Notes: generated by a model from the sequence alone, not told the origin. Counted from the stretch's first letter, positions 42,437 through 54,146 are shown. The stretch is 64,000 bases of DNA from Andalucia godoyi And28 (GCA_009859145.1 VRVR01000010.1:223330-287329); one strand, 5' to 3'. A program made the numbers and translations.

Positions 42437-43384
42437 CTAAATACCCATTGCGCTGCGGATGGCAGGGGCGTTTTCCTTGATCCAGGTTGGAAACGTTTTC
42501 GCCTGCGGGACAAGCTCGCGCGTAAGCTTCAGGTTATCCTGAGCCTCGGCTTGCCAGTACTTGCAGAAGAACTTGAACATGCGTGCCAATTCATCGGCGT
42601 GCGGGAATCCCAGTTTGGCAAACTCGTCGTGTGGCATAGCATTGTACACAACTGTGACTCCAAGAGCTTCGGTCATTGCAGCTGCGATATCAGCAGCCTT
42701 GATCACGTCCGAAGTGCACGTCGCAATCTGGTTGTTGAAACGTCCGGGGTGCGCAAACACCTGCGCAACAAACGGTCCGTAAGCGTTCGTATCGGCAACC
42801 TGCAGGTACTTGTCCTCCATAGGAAGCGTCAATGCGTAAGTCTTGCCGCCATCCCACGATCGCGGAACAAAGAACGAAAGCCAATTCTGCATATAGCAAG
42901 CAATGCGGGTTGCAGTCCGGTACGGAATGGACTTGTTCGCATCGCCCAACAGGTACTTTTCGATTTCACGCTTGCCATCCAAATGGTCGATGTACAGCGT
43001 TGACGAAGGATCATAGTCCGTTGCACACGGAAGTCCGGAGAAGATGACAAACTGAACATTCTGTTCCCGGCAAGCATCGACAACAGCCTTTCCCTGCTTG
43101 ACCTCACGCGCAGTATCGAAAATCTCCCACCAGTTCGTCACTGCGAACACGCCCCATGCCCCCTTGACAGCTGCTAACAGACTCTCTGGCTTGTCAAGAT
43201 CGGCCTCCACAAGACCAGCAAACGCGCTGTTGCCCGACAGTTCTGCCGCAAGAGCCTTGGACTTTTCCGAGTCAGCATTTCGCGTGACGCCAACAACCGA
43301 AAACCCAGGAAGAGATGCAAGAGCACGCACAACACTGCCACCCTGAATACCAGTCGATCCAAACACAACGACACGCTTGCTCAT
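42437..43384 (-). CDS. NmrA-like (NMRAL1/HSCARG) atypical short-chain dehydrogenase-fold protein
   Basis: VVVFGSTGIQGGSVV Rossmann motif, GVTRN..S.KS, GAWGVFAVTNWW, EVKQGKAVVDA, HLDGK.EIE.Y. Confidence 0.92.
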   Translation of the reverse strand: MSKRVVVFGSTGIQGGSVVRALASLPGFSVVGVTRNADSEKSKALAAELSGNSAFAGLVEADLDKPESLLAAVKGAWGVFAVTNWWEIFDTAREVKQGKAVVDACREQNVQFVIFSGLPCATDYDPSSTLYIDHLDGKREIEKYLLGDANKSIPYRTATRIACYMQNWLSFFVPRSWDGGKTYALTLPMEDKYLQVADTNAYGPFVAQVFAHPGRFNNQIATCTSDVIKAADIAAAMTEALGVTVVYNAMPHDEFAKLGFPHADELARMFKFFCKYWQAEAQDNLKLTRELVPQAKTFPTWIKENAPAIRSAMGI

Positions 43385-43412
43385 TCCCCCTTGAACTTGA
43401 TCTTTGAAGTCT

Positions 43413-43447
<35 letters not shown>

Positions 43448-44015
43448 AATAGCGTCAACAGTATGCTTGCTTCCAAAAAATAATGATAATAAAATAACCC
43501 AAATAAATGAAGGTTTGTGAGGAGGATGAATTCAGCCGGGGGCAGGTGCTGGCCAAACTCACACACGTCATCCGGGGCGCCAGGTCAAGCACTGGGTTCT
43601 GCCGCAGCTTCAAGTTTCTTTCCTGACGGCAAGCTGCTGGCTTGCTGCTGCGCGCAACCTGTTGACGTCAAGTGAAGTTGCAGCATCTCGACGTCGCCTG
43701 CAGTCAACGAAGAAGTACCTTTCTCCGCGTGTGCTCAAAAAGTCTCCCAGATATCACCCGGAAACCTTGGAGGTCGAAACACGCCAAGGATGCACCGCGT
43801 TCCCTGATCGAACTGATTATTATTTTACAACAACGACACAATAAATGCAATCATTACAGTAACAGGAGCAGCTTCTTGAATGATACAAATGAAAAAAAAC
43901 AACAAAAACCAACAACAAAACCCTCCAAGCAATTGAATAAACCGTGGAATTCTTTCTTCTGGTTTATGATTATGGTGGATTGTGTACTCGTGAATGTGGA
44001 ATCACATGGTGAAAA

Positions 44016-44570
44016 TCACATGTTCTCATTCTTGAGGCGGAGGAGGACCTGCTTCATGCGACCAACGTCTCTGCGCTCTGTCTTGAGCTGGAGATCGACG
44101 AGGCCGACAGCGCGCTCCCAAACAGAGCCTGCGTTGAGCCCACCTTCGATCTGCGACTTGAAAGTCTTCTCCTCAGTTGCGTTTGTGGACTGAACTCCAC
44201 GAATGCGCTCCGAACGCTCCTCGGCAACCTTGAGCAATGCCTCGCGCGCCTCTCTCCGCAGGTTATCAATCGAGTCGTACTCTGCACCGTCCTTTTCAAT
44301 GAGCTCTTCGTTGTGCTTGTTCTCCCATTCGCGGAACTTTGCATCCTCGTCGACCGCCTGTTCTTCCTCTTCTTCTGCAGGCTGCGCAGCGCTGTTCCAC
44401 GAGTTTGCATTCGAGTTCGAGTTATTCGACGCAGCAGACGGCGCCTCATTGTCATTATCGAACGAATATCCATGATCCGCAGCATGGTTCGAGTCTGCAT
44501 CATGAGAAACCGGCTCAGACGACACACCGAACGGATCGTCGTGGCTGTTGTCTTCTTGGAATGGGTCCAT
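44016..44570 (-). CDS. CLC: Clathrin light chain
   Basis: Acidic D/F-rich N-terminus, central helix KFREWE...E, C-terminal WERAVGLVD....DVGRMKQVLLRLK. Confidence 0.9.
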   Translation of the reverse strand: MDPFQEDNSHDDPFGVSSEPVSHDADSNHAADHGYSFDNDNEAPSAASNNSNSNANSWNSAAQPAEEEEEQAVDEDAKFREWENKHNEELIEKDGAEYDSIDNLRREAREALLKVAEERSERIRGVQSTNATEEKTFKSQIEGGLNAGSVWERAVGLVDLQLKTERRDVGRMKQVLLRLKNENM

Positions 44571-44626
44571 GTCTGTCAATAATCAATAATCAAGAAAGAA
44601 AAGTTATACAAAAAGAAAGAGAGACG

Positions 44627-44632
44627 GAGAGA

Positions 44633-44674
<42 letters not shown>
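44627..44674. repeat. (GA)n microsatellite upstream of CLC
   Basis: Near-perfect GA run; reads (TC)n on the CLC coding strand. Confidence 0.9.
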
Positions 44675-44677
<3 letters not shown>

Positions 44678-45563
44678 GATAATAAGTTCTAACAAGTAAA
44701 AAAAAAACACGAAAGTTCAAAAGAAAGTCAGGACTGCAAGAAAAGGACAGCTTTCCGAAGGGTTTCGATTAGGAGAACCGATGCTGACACCCTCTGATCA
44801 AATGAGTACAGGGGAAAGGGTATGACTGGTTAAAGGGACCGACAAGTTCGGAGGAAAAGAAATTGACAATGTCACAGTGGTTGTGGATGAGGTCAGTGAC
44901 ATGACACATTGCAGGGGAAGCATAGCAAGCAAGCAACTGTATACTACGGTGGTTAGCGTTTGTTTGAACATGCATCAAATATTACGTTCCGGATGGTTTG
45001 GTGGAAAAAAAGGAAAGAATCAGTGCACAGTTTCGAGCCTGGCAGGATGGGCTGCAAGACCAGGTGCCAGATGCTGTCGTGGGGGAGCGATTGCGAGCTT
45101 CAGCAGCGGCTGTTGCACAAATCACATGGGTTTAGATGACTATCAAGTCCGGTCGCGATCGTGATGGATATATACACTTCCAAGACACGAGGACTGTGTG
45201 GTGGCATGATGCACCCGTGGCTTCGCTGAAAACAGAGCCTATGGGTGCGCATAACAGAGGACCGATCGATCGCGATTGGAACTGTGGTGCACGTAACGTT
45301 TATTTCACGAACGCCGAAGCGCGTGCTGGCGTCTACCTCCCTTGCCAGGACTGCGTTGTAACACGGATTATGCATCGTCAGTGATGGCTACATACGATCA
45401 CTGTACAATGTAGGCGGGATAAGAATCTCAAAATACTATAACATTTCAATGAGAGACAACTAGAGCAGGGAGGGGGAGAGGCGGAAGGAATAAAACGGAT
45501 TCGAGACCACGCGACACAATCCTGTTCGAAGAGTGATACTGCCCTCAAAACAGAACAAACGAC

Positions 45564-48500
45564 CTAGGAAGTTTGGTCGGATTGCTGCTGGAGAACCCCA
45601 CTTTCCCCGGCGTACTTTCCCAGCCTGATAACCCGCGGTTGCGCAGCAGGACCTATTGGAGGACGCGACCCTCGGTTGGTCATCACAGACGCAGACGCAG
45701 AAGAAGAAGAAGAAGAAGAAGAAGAAGAGGAAGAGGAAGAGGAAGAATTCGGGACACCGAGAGCCGCAGACCACGCGTGTCCCATTGCATACGAGGAAGA
45801 GGAAGGCGACGGAGAAAGATTCGATGTTCCTCGCGCAGAAATCATTGGAAGGATATCGCTGTCTGACTCGGTGCGACCTCGAGAAAGAATCGATTTTCCA
45901 TTGGCGAATGAAGAAATAGCAGAGTTGGAACTAGACGAGGCGGACGTTATGCCTTCGAGTGACAGACCGGGAAGCATGTTCAGGCCTCCAACGACAGAGT
46001 CCGAAACCGACATCCAAGAAGAAGTGGATGGAGTAGAAACGCGTGATGAATCGTCGTCGGAATCGTCCGAAGGGAGCCGACGCTGATGAAGGTCCAATGG
46101 GGCAACGCCCCGATCGACAGACTTCGGAACAGACCTCGAACGAGGAGGCTCCGATTTCATGGACGTCTTGTCGCTCACCGGAATCGCATTCGCAGACGAA
46201 GAGCCCGCCGCAGAGGTCGCGAACGAGGCCTTTTTCTTCTTTGGAGCGGACTTGTCCTTCTCGGAGGCCACAGTCTTGGATGACGCGGCAGCGTCTCGGT
46301 CCTTCTTTGACTTCTTCTTCGCCTTTTCACCCTTTTCCTTCGAGGAGCCGGCGTCCAAGCCAGCAGCTTCTTTTTCAATTCTCTCCGGCTTGTCTCTTTT
46401 CTCCTTTTCTCCTTTCTTCTTTTCTGGACGACGTTTCTCTTTGACAGACTTACGGGTCTTGGAAGACGACGCGGGTCGGACTGCTTCGTCATCAGAGGGT
46501 CCGCCGAAGTCCGAGTCCTCGTCCGAATCATCCCCATCATCACCAGCCATACGCTTTGGATACATTGCCTGCAGCTCGGAAAGAATGGTATCCACGACCG
46601 TTCGGTCTGGATCGCAATACTCGAGAATAGCCTCGCACAGGTAATGTCCCATTTGTTCCAGATGCTGAGTGGAAAAATGAAACCCTGCCAAAGGGCCAAA
46701 ACTCGCTCCAGAAAACGAGGCCTCCATGGTCAGAGAATTTTTGATGCCAAACTCCTTGTACCCAACGACACGCGCCGTACCTTCCTTTGATTTTTGAATC
46801 GTAAAATGAGAATCAGAAAAAGAAAAGGCGGGCGCTAGCCTCCACAGCAATCTAGGAAAAATCCGCTCTCTCAGTTCCGTTGAAGCGTCCCCGCAGCCGT
46901 ACATGAATATGTTGCTCTTTCTGGAGTGGCCGTGCAAGTCCACGAACAAGATGACTTCCCGATCCTCCTGCAATCTCGAAATGAGAGTTTTTGTGTAAAA
47001 GACCGTGGGGTGCAGCTTGCGCGAGGGATCTATCCACCGACGATTCAAATCGCATCCTGCAAGGGAGCATCTGTAATTTCCGTGGATCACGCCATCCGGA
47101 TTCATCATTGGAACAATCTTGAACACAAAGTTATCCCGGAGGATTTTGGCATCCAAGCTCGGCCCAGTCAAGAAATCGATTATTCCGTGCATCATCCAAG
47201 ACGCGTTAGACTCTCCTGGATGCACTCGCGCAGTCAACACAACACCCTTGCGCGCTTTCAGCGCATTCCAATCAGAAGCAAAAGATGTAATCGTGATTAG
47301 ATCCACAGGGTTTCCGGAGATCGTATTGCAAAGGACCCGACGCCGGAAGCGTGTTTTGCGCTTTGGATCGGATTCAAGGCCTGCCAAGTATTCTTGCAAG
47401 AATGTGTAGGTGTACGGATAGCAGTGCGCAAAGTACACTGTGTCATTGTCCGCCGTGTCGCAAGTGTAGGAAAACGTCAATGTGTAATACGAAGACAGCG
47501 GCCCTGTCGTCACACGATTGTTTCGTCGAATGTGATTTGCGTAATACAACACTCGACTGCAGCCACGTTGCCATCCCTTACCCTCTTCACGTGCCTTCTG
47601 CTCAGAATATACGAGTGGGAGCAACCCGTAGTTGTACATCGAGTCCGGCTTCATTAGATTGATAATGTTGAATTTGTAAGTGAACCCTTTCCTCACATTG
47701 CGAACGGCAAAATAATACCATTGCGTATGCGCACGAGTGTTAATATCAAACTGCAGAATCAAATCGTATTCGTGCTCAAAAACCCGAATGGCCCGTCGAA
47801 GATTGCCAGACTCGAATCGAGACTCGAAAACAAGCGTCTCATCCGATGGACCAAGAGCAGAATAGTACGGCTCCAGAGATTGCTGCTGAGACAGTACGTT
47901 CGATTTGATCATGATGCTTGCAGAGGACAGAAATGAGGACGAAGATCGAGCATGTGGAATCCGCTTAACATTGCTTGCGGAGCCAGAGAAAGGAGAGGCC
48001 GATGACAAGCCCGGAGTTATCGGTGACGGCGGCGAAACAAAGTCATCCAGCGAGGAGAGAACAGGTGCCGACGGTACATGCACCAATGTTGGGTTTTCAG
48101 GCGTGTCTACATCCACCGGCTGTTCCTGGCTTCCCGCCATCAGTTCGATCGGCGAAGTCATAACGGCAGCGGAATCAATATCTACATTTCCAGACATCTG
48201 CCCTCCGTCGGCACCAGCTGGTTGTTCCGAACTTGCAGCAGCAGCGCTCGGTACTCCAGAAGGTGGTCCAACCTGTGCGGAAGCAACGGGCACATATGCA
48301 CCCCGCAGCCCCGTTGGTGCATCGACAGAGTCGTAGACAACCTGATTAATCATCCCTTTTGGATTCGATAATCGCTTGGCATCATGGCCAAGCAACTCTG
48401 ACAGCAGACTCGCTTCAGGAGGAACCAGTGGCTCGGGGGCAGAGGGAATATAAGGGATATGGGGAGGCGGCGGATGCTGCATTGCCATTGAAGTACCCAA

Positions 48501-48875
48501 CTTTGGCGGCGGAATGGTCCTTTTGCCGGTTTTTGGATCAACTGTGTAAAATGGACTCAAATCCGCTCCACCTGGGCCGGCACTGTTTCCCGACGCTGGG
48601 CCGCCAAAAGAGCCTCCAAATCCGTTACTGGGACCCGACGAACCATGTGCATAGTGCTGAACGGACTCCGGCAGTGGCGGAAGCGGCGCATTCTCGATTT
48701 TCCTTCTTGCATAGGACGCATCAAGATTCATAATTGTTCGAGGACGAGCAGCCACTGCTGTTCTGCGGTACTTGTCTCGCAGAGCATCGCGCTCCATCTC
48801 TGTAAGCTCTTGCCGATCAACAAGCAGATCGCCGGCAAGAGACTCTGCGCTGATCTGGAACGCAGGATGATGCAT
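45564..48875 (-). CDS. Cytosolic carboxypeptidase (M14D, Nna1/AGBL tubulin deglutamylase)
   Basis: FESRFESGNL, HTQWYYF, YFAHCYPYTY, ARVHPGESNASW (Zn ligands), VPMMNPDGV, DLNRRW, VDLHGHSRK, SLTMEASF; long disordered N- and C-terminal regions. Confidence 0.95.
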   Translation of the reverse strand: MHHPAFQISAESLAGDLLVDRQELTEMERDALRDKYRRTAVAARPRTIMNLDASYARRKIENAPLPPLPESVQHYAHGSSGPSNGFGGSFGGPASGNSAGPGGADLSPFYTVDPKTGKRTIPPPKLGTSMAMQHPPPPHIPYIPSAPEPLVPPEASLLSELLGHDAKRLSNPKGMINQVVYDSVDAPTGLRGAYVPVASAQVGPPSGVPSAAAASSEQPAGADGGQMSGNVDIDSAAVMTSPIELMAGSQEQPVDVDTPENPTLVHVPSAPVLSSLDDFVSPPSPITPGLSSASPFSGSASNVKRIPHARSSSSFLSSASIMIKSNVLSQQQSLEPYYSALGPSDETLVFESRFESGNLRRAIRVFEHEYDLILQFDINTRAHTQWYYFAVRNVRKGFTYKFNIINLMKPDSMYNYGLLPLVYSEQKAREEGKGWQRGCSRVLYYANHIRRNNRVTTGPLSSYYTLTFSYTCDTADNDTVYFAHCYPYTYTFLQEYLAGLESDPKRKTRFRRRVLCNTISGNPVDLITITSFASDWNALKARKGVVLTARVHPGESNASWMMHGIIDFLTGPSLDAKILRDNFVFKIVPMMNPDGVIHGNYRCSLAGCDLNRRWIDPSRKLHPTVFYTKTLISRLQEDREVILFVDLHGHSRKSNIFMYGCGDASTELRERIFPRLLWRLAPAFSFSDSHFTIQKSKEGTARVVGYKEFGIKNSLTMEASFSGASFGPLAGFHFSTQHLEQMGHYLCEAILEYCDPDRTVVDTILSELQAMYPKRMAGDDGDDSDEDSDFGGPSDDEAVRPASSSKTRKSVKEKRRPEKKKGEKEKRDKPERIEKEAAGLDAGSSKEKGEKAKKKSKKDRDAAASSKTVASEKDKSAPKKKKASFATSAAGSSSANAIPVSDKTSMKSEPPRSRSVPKSVDRGVAPLDLHQRRLPSDDSDDDSSRVSTPSTSSWMSVSDSVVGGLNMLPGLSLEGITSASSSSNSAISSFANGKSILSRGRTESDSDILPMISARGTSNLSPSPSSSSYAMGHAWSAALGVPNSSSSSSSSSSSSSSSSASASVMTNRGSRPPIGPAAQPRVIRLGKYAGESGVLQQQSDQTS

Positions 48876-49683
48876 GACCTTTGTTCATTTATTGACAAAA
48901 ACCCAAAACCCAAAACCCAAAAACCATCAAGCAATGAAAGTGCATCAGATGAGCATAAAATCAAAAAAACAGGTTGCTGAAATAGGACACAAGAAACAGA
49001 AAGGTAGGAAGGATCAAAAGCATACGGTCGAAAATGACGATGATCGTCCATGGCGACTCACAGACATTTCTCAGCCAACGAATCACAAGCAGAGCAAGCA
49101 AAAAATCGTTTAAATACCAAAACTTCAAAAAATCAAATAAACAAATAAAACAAAACAAAAAAGGGATGCCCTTTTTCTTTCTGCGGAGTGCGGACGGATG
49201 CAAACACGCAAACACGCAAACACTTCTTCTATGGGCAGATCGTTACTTAATGTTTGCAATTACGAGATTTTTTAGCATCCGGAAAGAAGACGTAGAGGTG
49301 GGGGTGGTGGAAGAGGTGGAAGAAAAGAAGAGAGTTTTCTTAATCACCCATTGAGAGAAGTAGTAGTTGTAGTAGAAGAAGAAGAAGAAAAATGCAAAAA
49401 ATAATGGAATTTTTCTTTGGCGAACCAGCAAACCAGACTCGGAAGTCCAATCCTGATGGATCACGGATGGAGGTGGTCTATTGAGGAAATTCCAAAAGTG
49501 CTGACGACGAAAGTGAATCTGTCGTACGGAATGATCGTTAAATCAGAAAGAACTGTCGGGAATTGAACGAGGAAAAAAAACCAAGGAAAAAACAAGATTG
49601 ATTGTCCGCCGCAGTCTTGAAAAAATATCAAGCCGGACGCTGCAAACAGATTGTTTGGATACGTTTAAACACCTTGTCTTGTC

Positions 49684-49684
<1 letters not shown>

Positions 49685-49772
<88 letters not shown>
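49685..49772. repeat. (TG)44 microsatellite
   Basis: 88 nt of perfect TG repeat. Confidence 0.97.
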
Positions 49773-49773
<1 letters not shown>

Positions 49774-49936
49774 AGCAAGCAAGCATTGCGAGCTGTCGTG
49801 CCGTGCGCTTCTTTTGTCAACTTCACGTCTTCTGAAAATCTCGCATTCTGTGTGGATCAGAGTTTGTGATTGGGGCAGGATTTCAGAATAGAAAGAGAAA
49901 ACAAAACAAAAGAAAGAAGAAAAAAACACACACACC

Positions 49937-50047
49937 ATGTTTTGTTGTCGTCCAAAACGCCGAGTATGCTATCGCATTTCTCCTCCACGAATTTGTTTAA
50001 ATTCATTTGTTTGATCCGTTTTCGTTCCTTTTCTTTTCTAACCAAGG

Positions 50048-50091
<44 letters not shown>

Positions 50092-52309
50092 GCAGGCACC
50101 TTCTCCGGATCCGTGTCACGAGGAGCCGGCGGTTGTGATGGCGTCTCCCAAAAGCGTTAAGGAGGATTCAGCACGTGTACAGAAACAGCCAGAAGTAATC
50201 GGTGCGAACGATGTCGAGTTGAGTGTCGTATCGGACGATGAGCTGGATCCGTCCATTGGCGGTGGCGATGAGGTTTGGGCCACTCATGAAGCGGCAATGC
50301 TGCGAGTCCCTGTGTGTCCCTCTGAAGATTCTGCATTGACAGGGACTTCTGTTTCAAGCACGCGGACGTCAGTATCGCCAAATGCACATCGCTTGCTTTC
50401 AGAAGGCGCAGCGCGCGACGCACACTGCGGGCACTTGGATGGTTTTGCGGAGGAGGAAGATGCCTCGGAAGCTGCGCATGTCAAGGTCAAGATCTCATCG
50501 CTGCATGAATACAGGGCTCCATACATTTCTTCCAAATCGATTCGTGAGGTTCACAAGGAGTATGCGCACAAGCAAAGGTCTGCCACAAGTAGAGTCAGGA
50601 ATCCACATCATCTCAACGGCGGTCAGCAGTCGAGTACGACGGCAACTGCGAGAAGTCTGGGGAAACGCAGCTCTTCTTTTTCCAACATTCGAAGTGAGCG
50701 CGAGATTAAAGAAAAACAGAGGATTGTCATGGAGTTGCAGGATGCGCTGCTTACGGCTTCCGCAAAGAAGGGCGCTTTGACACAACATGACCGTGAGGAC
50801 GCACGCAGGAGAGCTCTAGAAAGAATTCGAGAGAAGAAAGGGATTCTGGAAGTTGTGCCACCAAGTCTTGCGACGATCGCCACATCGCACACTGCGTCTG
50901 CACTTTCCCTGGTTAGTCCATCGTCTTCAGGGTCGTTGCTACATTCTCAGTCTCATTCGCAGGTCCAGCCAAACAGCACTTCCAGCACTGGGCAGCAGCA
51001 TAGGGCACGTTCTGGCTCCTACGTCGCGTCCGCCGAGTCCCGTAGTAAACCGCTTGATGGAAGCGCTGCCAATGATATGGAAACTGACGATGGAGCCCTC
51101 GTGTTTGTTGTGGACTTGTGGACGGGACATGTGGTTCCGAGAAGTGAGCACAAGGTGGAGAACGTCCCCCCTGCGCATCTGCCAATCCCACATCCCCCTG
51201 CTCCGTCCTATGCCGCAACCGCCACGCGACCATCGCATCTGCGAACACAGAGCTCTAAAAATTCCATCACATCGGTTTCTTCTTCCAACTCCACGGCCAC
51301 TTCCACATCCGCCGCATTGGTTGTTACATCCCCGTCTGCATCTGGGCGGTCAAAGCTGATCACCACCAAGAGAAGTGCAAACACGAGCTACTCTGCACTC
51401 AGTCCGTGGGCATCCGAATCGACTACGTCTGTAATGTCGCCACCTCCACCTGTGGATATTGCCCTCTCCTCCTCCTCCTCGTCGTCGTTATCATCGTTAT
51501 CATCCTCATCAGCTGCTGCTGCTGCAGCAGTTGGTGCTTCCGCCCAAAGCATTTCTGCCTCGGGCTCTGCGGAGGCTGGCACTGCAAAGTCTCCCGACAG
51601 CAATAACACTACGATGACTTTGGACGAATTGCAAGACGATTCACTGACCAATCTCGAGGCATTGATTGCCAAAGAACAAGAAGAGTTGCAAATATTGCTT
51701 GATGCCAGCCGTCGACATTATGAGAGAAGGGACACTGCCACCGACGAATTTTCCCTGTCGGAACAGGAGTTTTCGGATCAGGAAGACGACCGTAACTCGA
51801 TTGTCGACGAAAGCGACGGCCACCACTCTCGCGACGACGTGTCTTCCACAAGCGGGTCGTATCTGGATGCACGCAGTTCTGTCGCACCGTCCCCAGTCAC
51901 AGCGACTGCTGCAAACCGGAGGTCTTCTGCAGATTCGGAGATTTGCAGTGCAGCCGATATGCATCCGGCAAACGAGAGCTGTGCATCAGATATGAGCACT
52001 AATTCTTCGGTGCAATGCTTGGATCGTACGGTCCTCCATTTCCCCCCATTTTCCCCGTTGCAAGTTGCTGGGAACATGATTTTGCACGCAGAGTCGCAGA
52101 ACAGAGTGCTTCCTGATTCGAATGAAGACGAGGAGGAGCAGGACTCTTCGAAGCCCATTGAAGAGCGCGACGAATTCCGAGTTCTGGGCAAAATTCCACC
52201 CGAGTGGGATGAAGGAGAGTCGAACAGCGAAAGCCAGGAGTCCATGCAGTCGCCAATAGTGCCGCACCGATCTTTGCAGTCTCTCGATGAATCGTTGGAT
52301 AACATGTAA
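49937..52309 (+). CDS. Hypothetical Ser-rich disordered protein; exons 49937-49963 and 50096-52309, N-terminus MFCCRPKRR
   Basis: A 27-nt first exon joins in phase 0 to the long ORF (APSPDPCHEE...). Two short coiled-coil segments; no catalytic domain recognised. Confidence 0.7.
49964..50095 (+). other. Spliceosomal intron (132 nt, phase 0) containing a (GTT)15 microsatellite
   Basis: GTATGC donor, TTCTAAC branch site (CTAAC at 50038-50042), (GTT)n at 50047-50091, TGCAG acceptor. Confidence 0.75.
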
Positions 52310-52533
52310 ATAACCGCTCTTGTACACTCCTGCCTTTCTCACCCTGCGCCTCCTCCCCCGGAGCCTCTTTTTCGTGCAGGTGTTTGATTTCTGGTCACTG
52401 CTCAGTTCCCAGTCCTTCACAGTTCAAACCAGTCTCCTGCAAGCACTTGCGCTGCGCATTCTGCAGTGTGCAGAACAACAGCACAAGCAGACTTCAGAGG
52501 CTGCAACAACGCCGTCGCAGCAGATGCGAAAAC

Positions 52534-52535
<2 letters not shown>

Positions 52536-52564
<29 letters not shown>
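52536..52564. repeat. (CT)n microsatellite
   Basis: About 14 CT units. Confidence 0.9.
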
Positions 52565-52567
<3 letters not shown>

Positions 52568-52651
52568 TCACGGGCATTGCGAAAATCATCTTGGTTTCCC
52601 CCCTTCCCCTCTGAGAATCGCAAACACCCACAAAACAATAAACAGCCCACG

Positions 52652-53701
52652 ATGAGAATTTATCCTCCACTAATATTGCAGCCTGCGGGAAGAACCACAA
52701 CGAAGATGGAGGCCCAGCCGAGTAGACCGGAACCAGTTCACCGTCAGGAACAGCCGGATACTAATCCACCTATTGTTGTTCATGTTGTTGGAGGCTCGAA
52801 AACGCAGCCACTCTTCGATGGTGAAGTGGAGGCTGTAAAAGATACGGTAAGAGCTGTGTTCGACAAATGGAAAAAGAACGCAAAAGATGCGAATTCCGCT
52901 CGTTTGATAAGGCGTCGACGCTTCTTCCAAACGGTGCCTCGGTTGTTTCACATATGGCTGCAATTCGCACAGGATCAGCGCGCCAAATCCGCAATGATTG
53001 GGAACCTTTGCATCCTCAGAAGAAAATTTCGAGCATACCTGGCGTGGAAGCAAGCCTTCTTGACGAAGAAGCAAACGCAGCGCACAACTGCGGAAGAGCT
53101 GCAGCGTCGGATCACTATGCAGTACTTTCGTCGATGGAGGGAGATGCTTCACGCAGCAAGGCAGTTTCGAATTCGAGAGATGTACGTTGATCGGATGCTC
53201 AAACGCAAGAACGAGGAGCTTCTTCGGAGATGTCTAGCAAGCTTGAGGAGCAGTGCACAGCGCACACGTCTCATAAACCGGTCTGCCCTGCATCGAGCGT
53301 TTTCTGAATGGCAAGTAGCGCTTTGCCGCTGCCGGCTGCTTCAAAGAGACGCCATCTCTCGATCTTTTTCAGCGTGGAAGACGGCTGCTCGCCGTTCTCG
53401 TATCGCTCGTCTTCGGGACCTTCAGCGTGTTTTTGACAAGTGGCGGGACGTGCAGCAAGCTCGCGAGCTGGAGAAGCGGCAGATGAGTGCCAAAGCAATC
53501 GTGTTTCGGTTTTGGAGGAAAAGACTGCACCTGAACGTTTTCAAACGACATGCACAGACCGTTGTGTCGCAGCTTAATGCAAAGGAGTTCCAGCGACAAT
53601 ACGAGGAAGAAATCATTGGTCAGTTTCGACTGCAGCTGAGCAGGCGGAAGACCACACGTGTCTTTCTGCTCTGGAGACAGCATGCACGCGTACATCTATA
53701 A
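52652..53701 (+). CDS. Sfi1-like centrin-binding repeat protein
   Basis: Nine periodic F/L-x-x-W-[KR] motifs in an R/K-rich helix (VFDKWKK, LFHIWLQ, YFRRWRE, AFSEWQ, SFSAWKT, VFDKWRD, VFRFWRK, VFLLWRQ). Confidence 0.7.
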   Translation: MRIYPPLILQPAGRTTTKMEAQPSRPEPVHRQEQPDTNPPIVVHVVGGSKTQPLFDGEVEAVKDTVRAVFDKWKKNAKDANSARLIRRRRFFQTVPRLFHIWLQFAQDQRAKSAMIGNLCILRRKFRAYLAWKQAFLTKKQTQRTTAEELQRRITMQYFRRWREMLHAARQFRIREMYVDRMLKRKNEELLRRCLASLRSSAQRTRLINRSALHRAFSEWQVALCRCRLLQRDAISRSFSAWKTAARRSRIARLRDLQRVFDKWRDVQQARELEKRQMSAKAIVFRFWRKRLHLNVFKRHAQTVVSQLNAKEFQRQYEEEIIGQFRLQLSRRKTTRVFLLWRQHARVHL

Positions 53702-54103
53702 AAGGGGGTTTCTACGGACAACATCGTGGTGAACAGCATGCATGAATATACATATTTATTATTGAATTTTGCGAATAGGAAGCGTTTGAAAAGAAGAAGA
53801 AAAATAACAGTCAAGGTAAAAAGAACGTTGTTCTTGTGCCGTTTGGATGCCCAGTCATCGCAGCCGTTATCCGCTCGTCCAACTGAGAATCGTGCAAAGA
53901 ATCATACAACCAAGAAATATTGAATACTCAGGCGAAGTTTCCTAAAAGTTTGCATCTTCAATGTTTCTTCAGAAGATAGACCCTTGTTTTCACATCATTG
54001 TATTCACTTGGAATCGTTGCAAAATCTCAGGGGACAAGAAGACAACAGCTGCCATCACTTGGCATCCAAACGGCACAAGGACTATTCTTTTGATTATTAA
54101 AGG

Positions 54104-54146
54104 GAAGAAGAAGAAGAAGAAGAAGAAGAAGAAGAAGAAGAAGAAG
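54104..54146. repeat. (GAA)14 microsatellite
   Basis: Perfect GAA run in the spacer. Confidence 0.95.

Noticed and set aside
45031-45384. In-frame TAG immediately followed by ATG, joining two coding-looking segments (possible readthrough or codon reassignment)
   Set aside because: TAG is a genuine terminator for well-supported genes here (fibre ORF, minE, 34086 gene), and neither segment has a recognisable domain. At most a small uncertain ORF or relic.
13-48875. ORF1 and the carboxypeptidase ORF are both listed as 1103 aa
   Set aside because: Coincidence; ORF1 is truncated by the window edge and the two sequences are unrelated.
49543-50160. ORFs with poly-CV, poly-TH, poly-L, poly-V or poly-T tracts (also near 27087-27395, 54027-54411, 57963-58415, 62292-62626)
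   Set aside because: Artefacts of microsatellites lacking stop codons, or antisense shadows of real genes.
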